Assembly (NCBI RefSeq): GCF_040938485.1
Contig: NW_027272134.1
Coordinates: forward strand, 1,178,001-1,242,000
Source of the DNA: Diadema antillarum
Taxonomy: Eukaryota
Direction of reading: 5' to 3'
DNA: 64,000 bases
Shown here: positions 62,805 through 64,000 of the stretch, in pieces
How positions within the stretch are numbered: position 1 is the first letter of the stretch
Layout: each line of letters opens with the position of its first letter
The notes under the pieces: model-generated
What the model was told of the DNA's origin: nothing
The model's database searches: none
What the model saw: the letters and a program-made list of their open reading frames with translations, nothing else
Made by a program: the position numbers and the translations under genes

Positions 62805-63249
62805 TACCCCTTTTATACTGGGCAAGACTTTTAGCTGAAGCGAGCTAACTTTAGCTCGGGCTATGTCGTTTTATACTGCCATTCTCGACCACCCAAGGTT
62901 ACGTGCGAGACCAGACCTATCTCCCCCCCCCCCCCCCATTAGCCTACTGTCCTTCCCTCGAGCGTGAAAATTCAGTGACAGTTTTCATGCTTACTTACGA
63001 GTACAATAAGGTGTACGAATTCAGTTCCGTTGTTACTCGCGAAATTCAACCAATCATCGGCATATATATAGTGTATATGTACTGAGCTGGTCTATTTTTT
63101 TCTAATGATTTAATTACGTCGTTCGCTAGTTCAAAGAGTTCATTGAGAGTTTTATCAAACAGCGAACAGTGACAGCGTAAACTACTATTGATACACCAAT
63201 GTGCTGCGTAATACACAGCACGCCAGTAACGCCCAGTATAAAAGGGGTA
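62805..63249. mobile_element. 445-bp MITE, superfamily unassigned
   Basis: Perfect 19-bp inverted repeat TACCCCTTTTATACTGGGC at both ends. Confidence 0.7.
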
Positions 63250-64000
63250 ATAGATGATTACAAATATGTATTAAAGTGATTGATTTATTTGAATCTATTT
63301 CAACTATATTTCTACAACAAACAAAGAAACAAATATAGCTGAAGTACAATGATTATTGCAATACAATGGCATTTTGTTTTTCACGAGGTAAAAAAATAAT
63401 TTTGTCAATGATTTCTCAAGTTAGGCCACATGAAAGAAATGTTTTTATTGTGATTTTAGAAGCCTTATCTTGAAGGGAAAATGAAAGACAGGAGATGAAA
63501 CAGAAGGGAGACAAAAACAAATCTAGAGAAGGAAGCTTCCAAGAATATTTGATGCATTCCAGCGCTGAAATTGTGCAAGGATTTATGAAGCGCTTTTACA
63601 TCTGATTGCCAACAGATGAATATTGTCTATAAGCTAAATTGTATTTGACAGAGGCAAATAATATCTGAATAAAATTCTTTGGAATTTAGGAAGGTTTCCA
63701 TTGATGAAGTCTGAAGATAGCAGAAAATACTCACAGCTCCCAATTCAAAAGCCTCTGTAGCATTTTGTGAGTGCTCAAAAATTTAGTCTTATTTCAGTAT
63801 CATGTTTTTGAAACTGTTTCTGGAAGCATACACTTCCATTTTGAAACAGCGAGTTTTCCTTACAAGTGTGAGTAAATCAAAGTAATGAGACAGATTTAAA
63901 AGGATCAACAATTCTTGAAAAATCTGTGAGGGTCTTGCTTCATTCGTAAAGCATGCATTAGCTGTCAAATTATGTTTTATCACATTATGAGTCTACCCTT

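Noticed and set aside
1-64000. CRISPR arrays, tRNA, rRNA, retroelement ORFs
   Set aside because: No repeat-spacer periodicity, cloverleaf, rRNA or RT/gag/endonuclease signatures seen; the TIR-derived short repeats are irregularly spaced and paired as inverted arms.

Overview
AT-rich animal genomic DNA with spliceosomal introns, many MITEs and microsatellites, and one assembly gap at 43649-43902. The repeat and GPCR content suggests a marine invertebrate such as an echinoderm; this is inference. Host genes: two paralogous class A GPCRs with an NRY motif, arranged head-to-head (3509-4693 minus; 37918-38997 plus). Main discovery: an apparently intact 14.2-kb P-superfamily DNA transposon (44641-58849) with perfect 32-bp TIRs and a 7-bp TSD (GTTTGAT), carrying two convergent spliced genes. 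(1) An 868-aa P-type DDE transposase with no THAP domain; its N-terminus is a RAG1-N-terminal-like (Chapa-type) zinc domain, and it lacks the usual P C-terminal domain. (2) A 450-aa protein made of a PHD finger, an acidic linker and the missing P-transposase C-terminal domain. The layout resembles RAG1/RAG2 and ProtoRAG but is built on a P catalytic core. The element's introns and spacer hold many 23-35 bp TIR-to-TIR fusions, at least five flanked by their own 7-bp direct repeats. These read as excision footprints from repeated self-insertion. All alignments were done by eye and reference motifs were recalled from memory; whether the family is already catalogued could not be checked.
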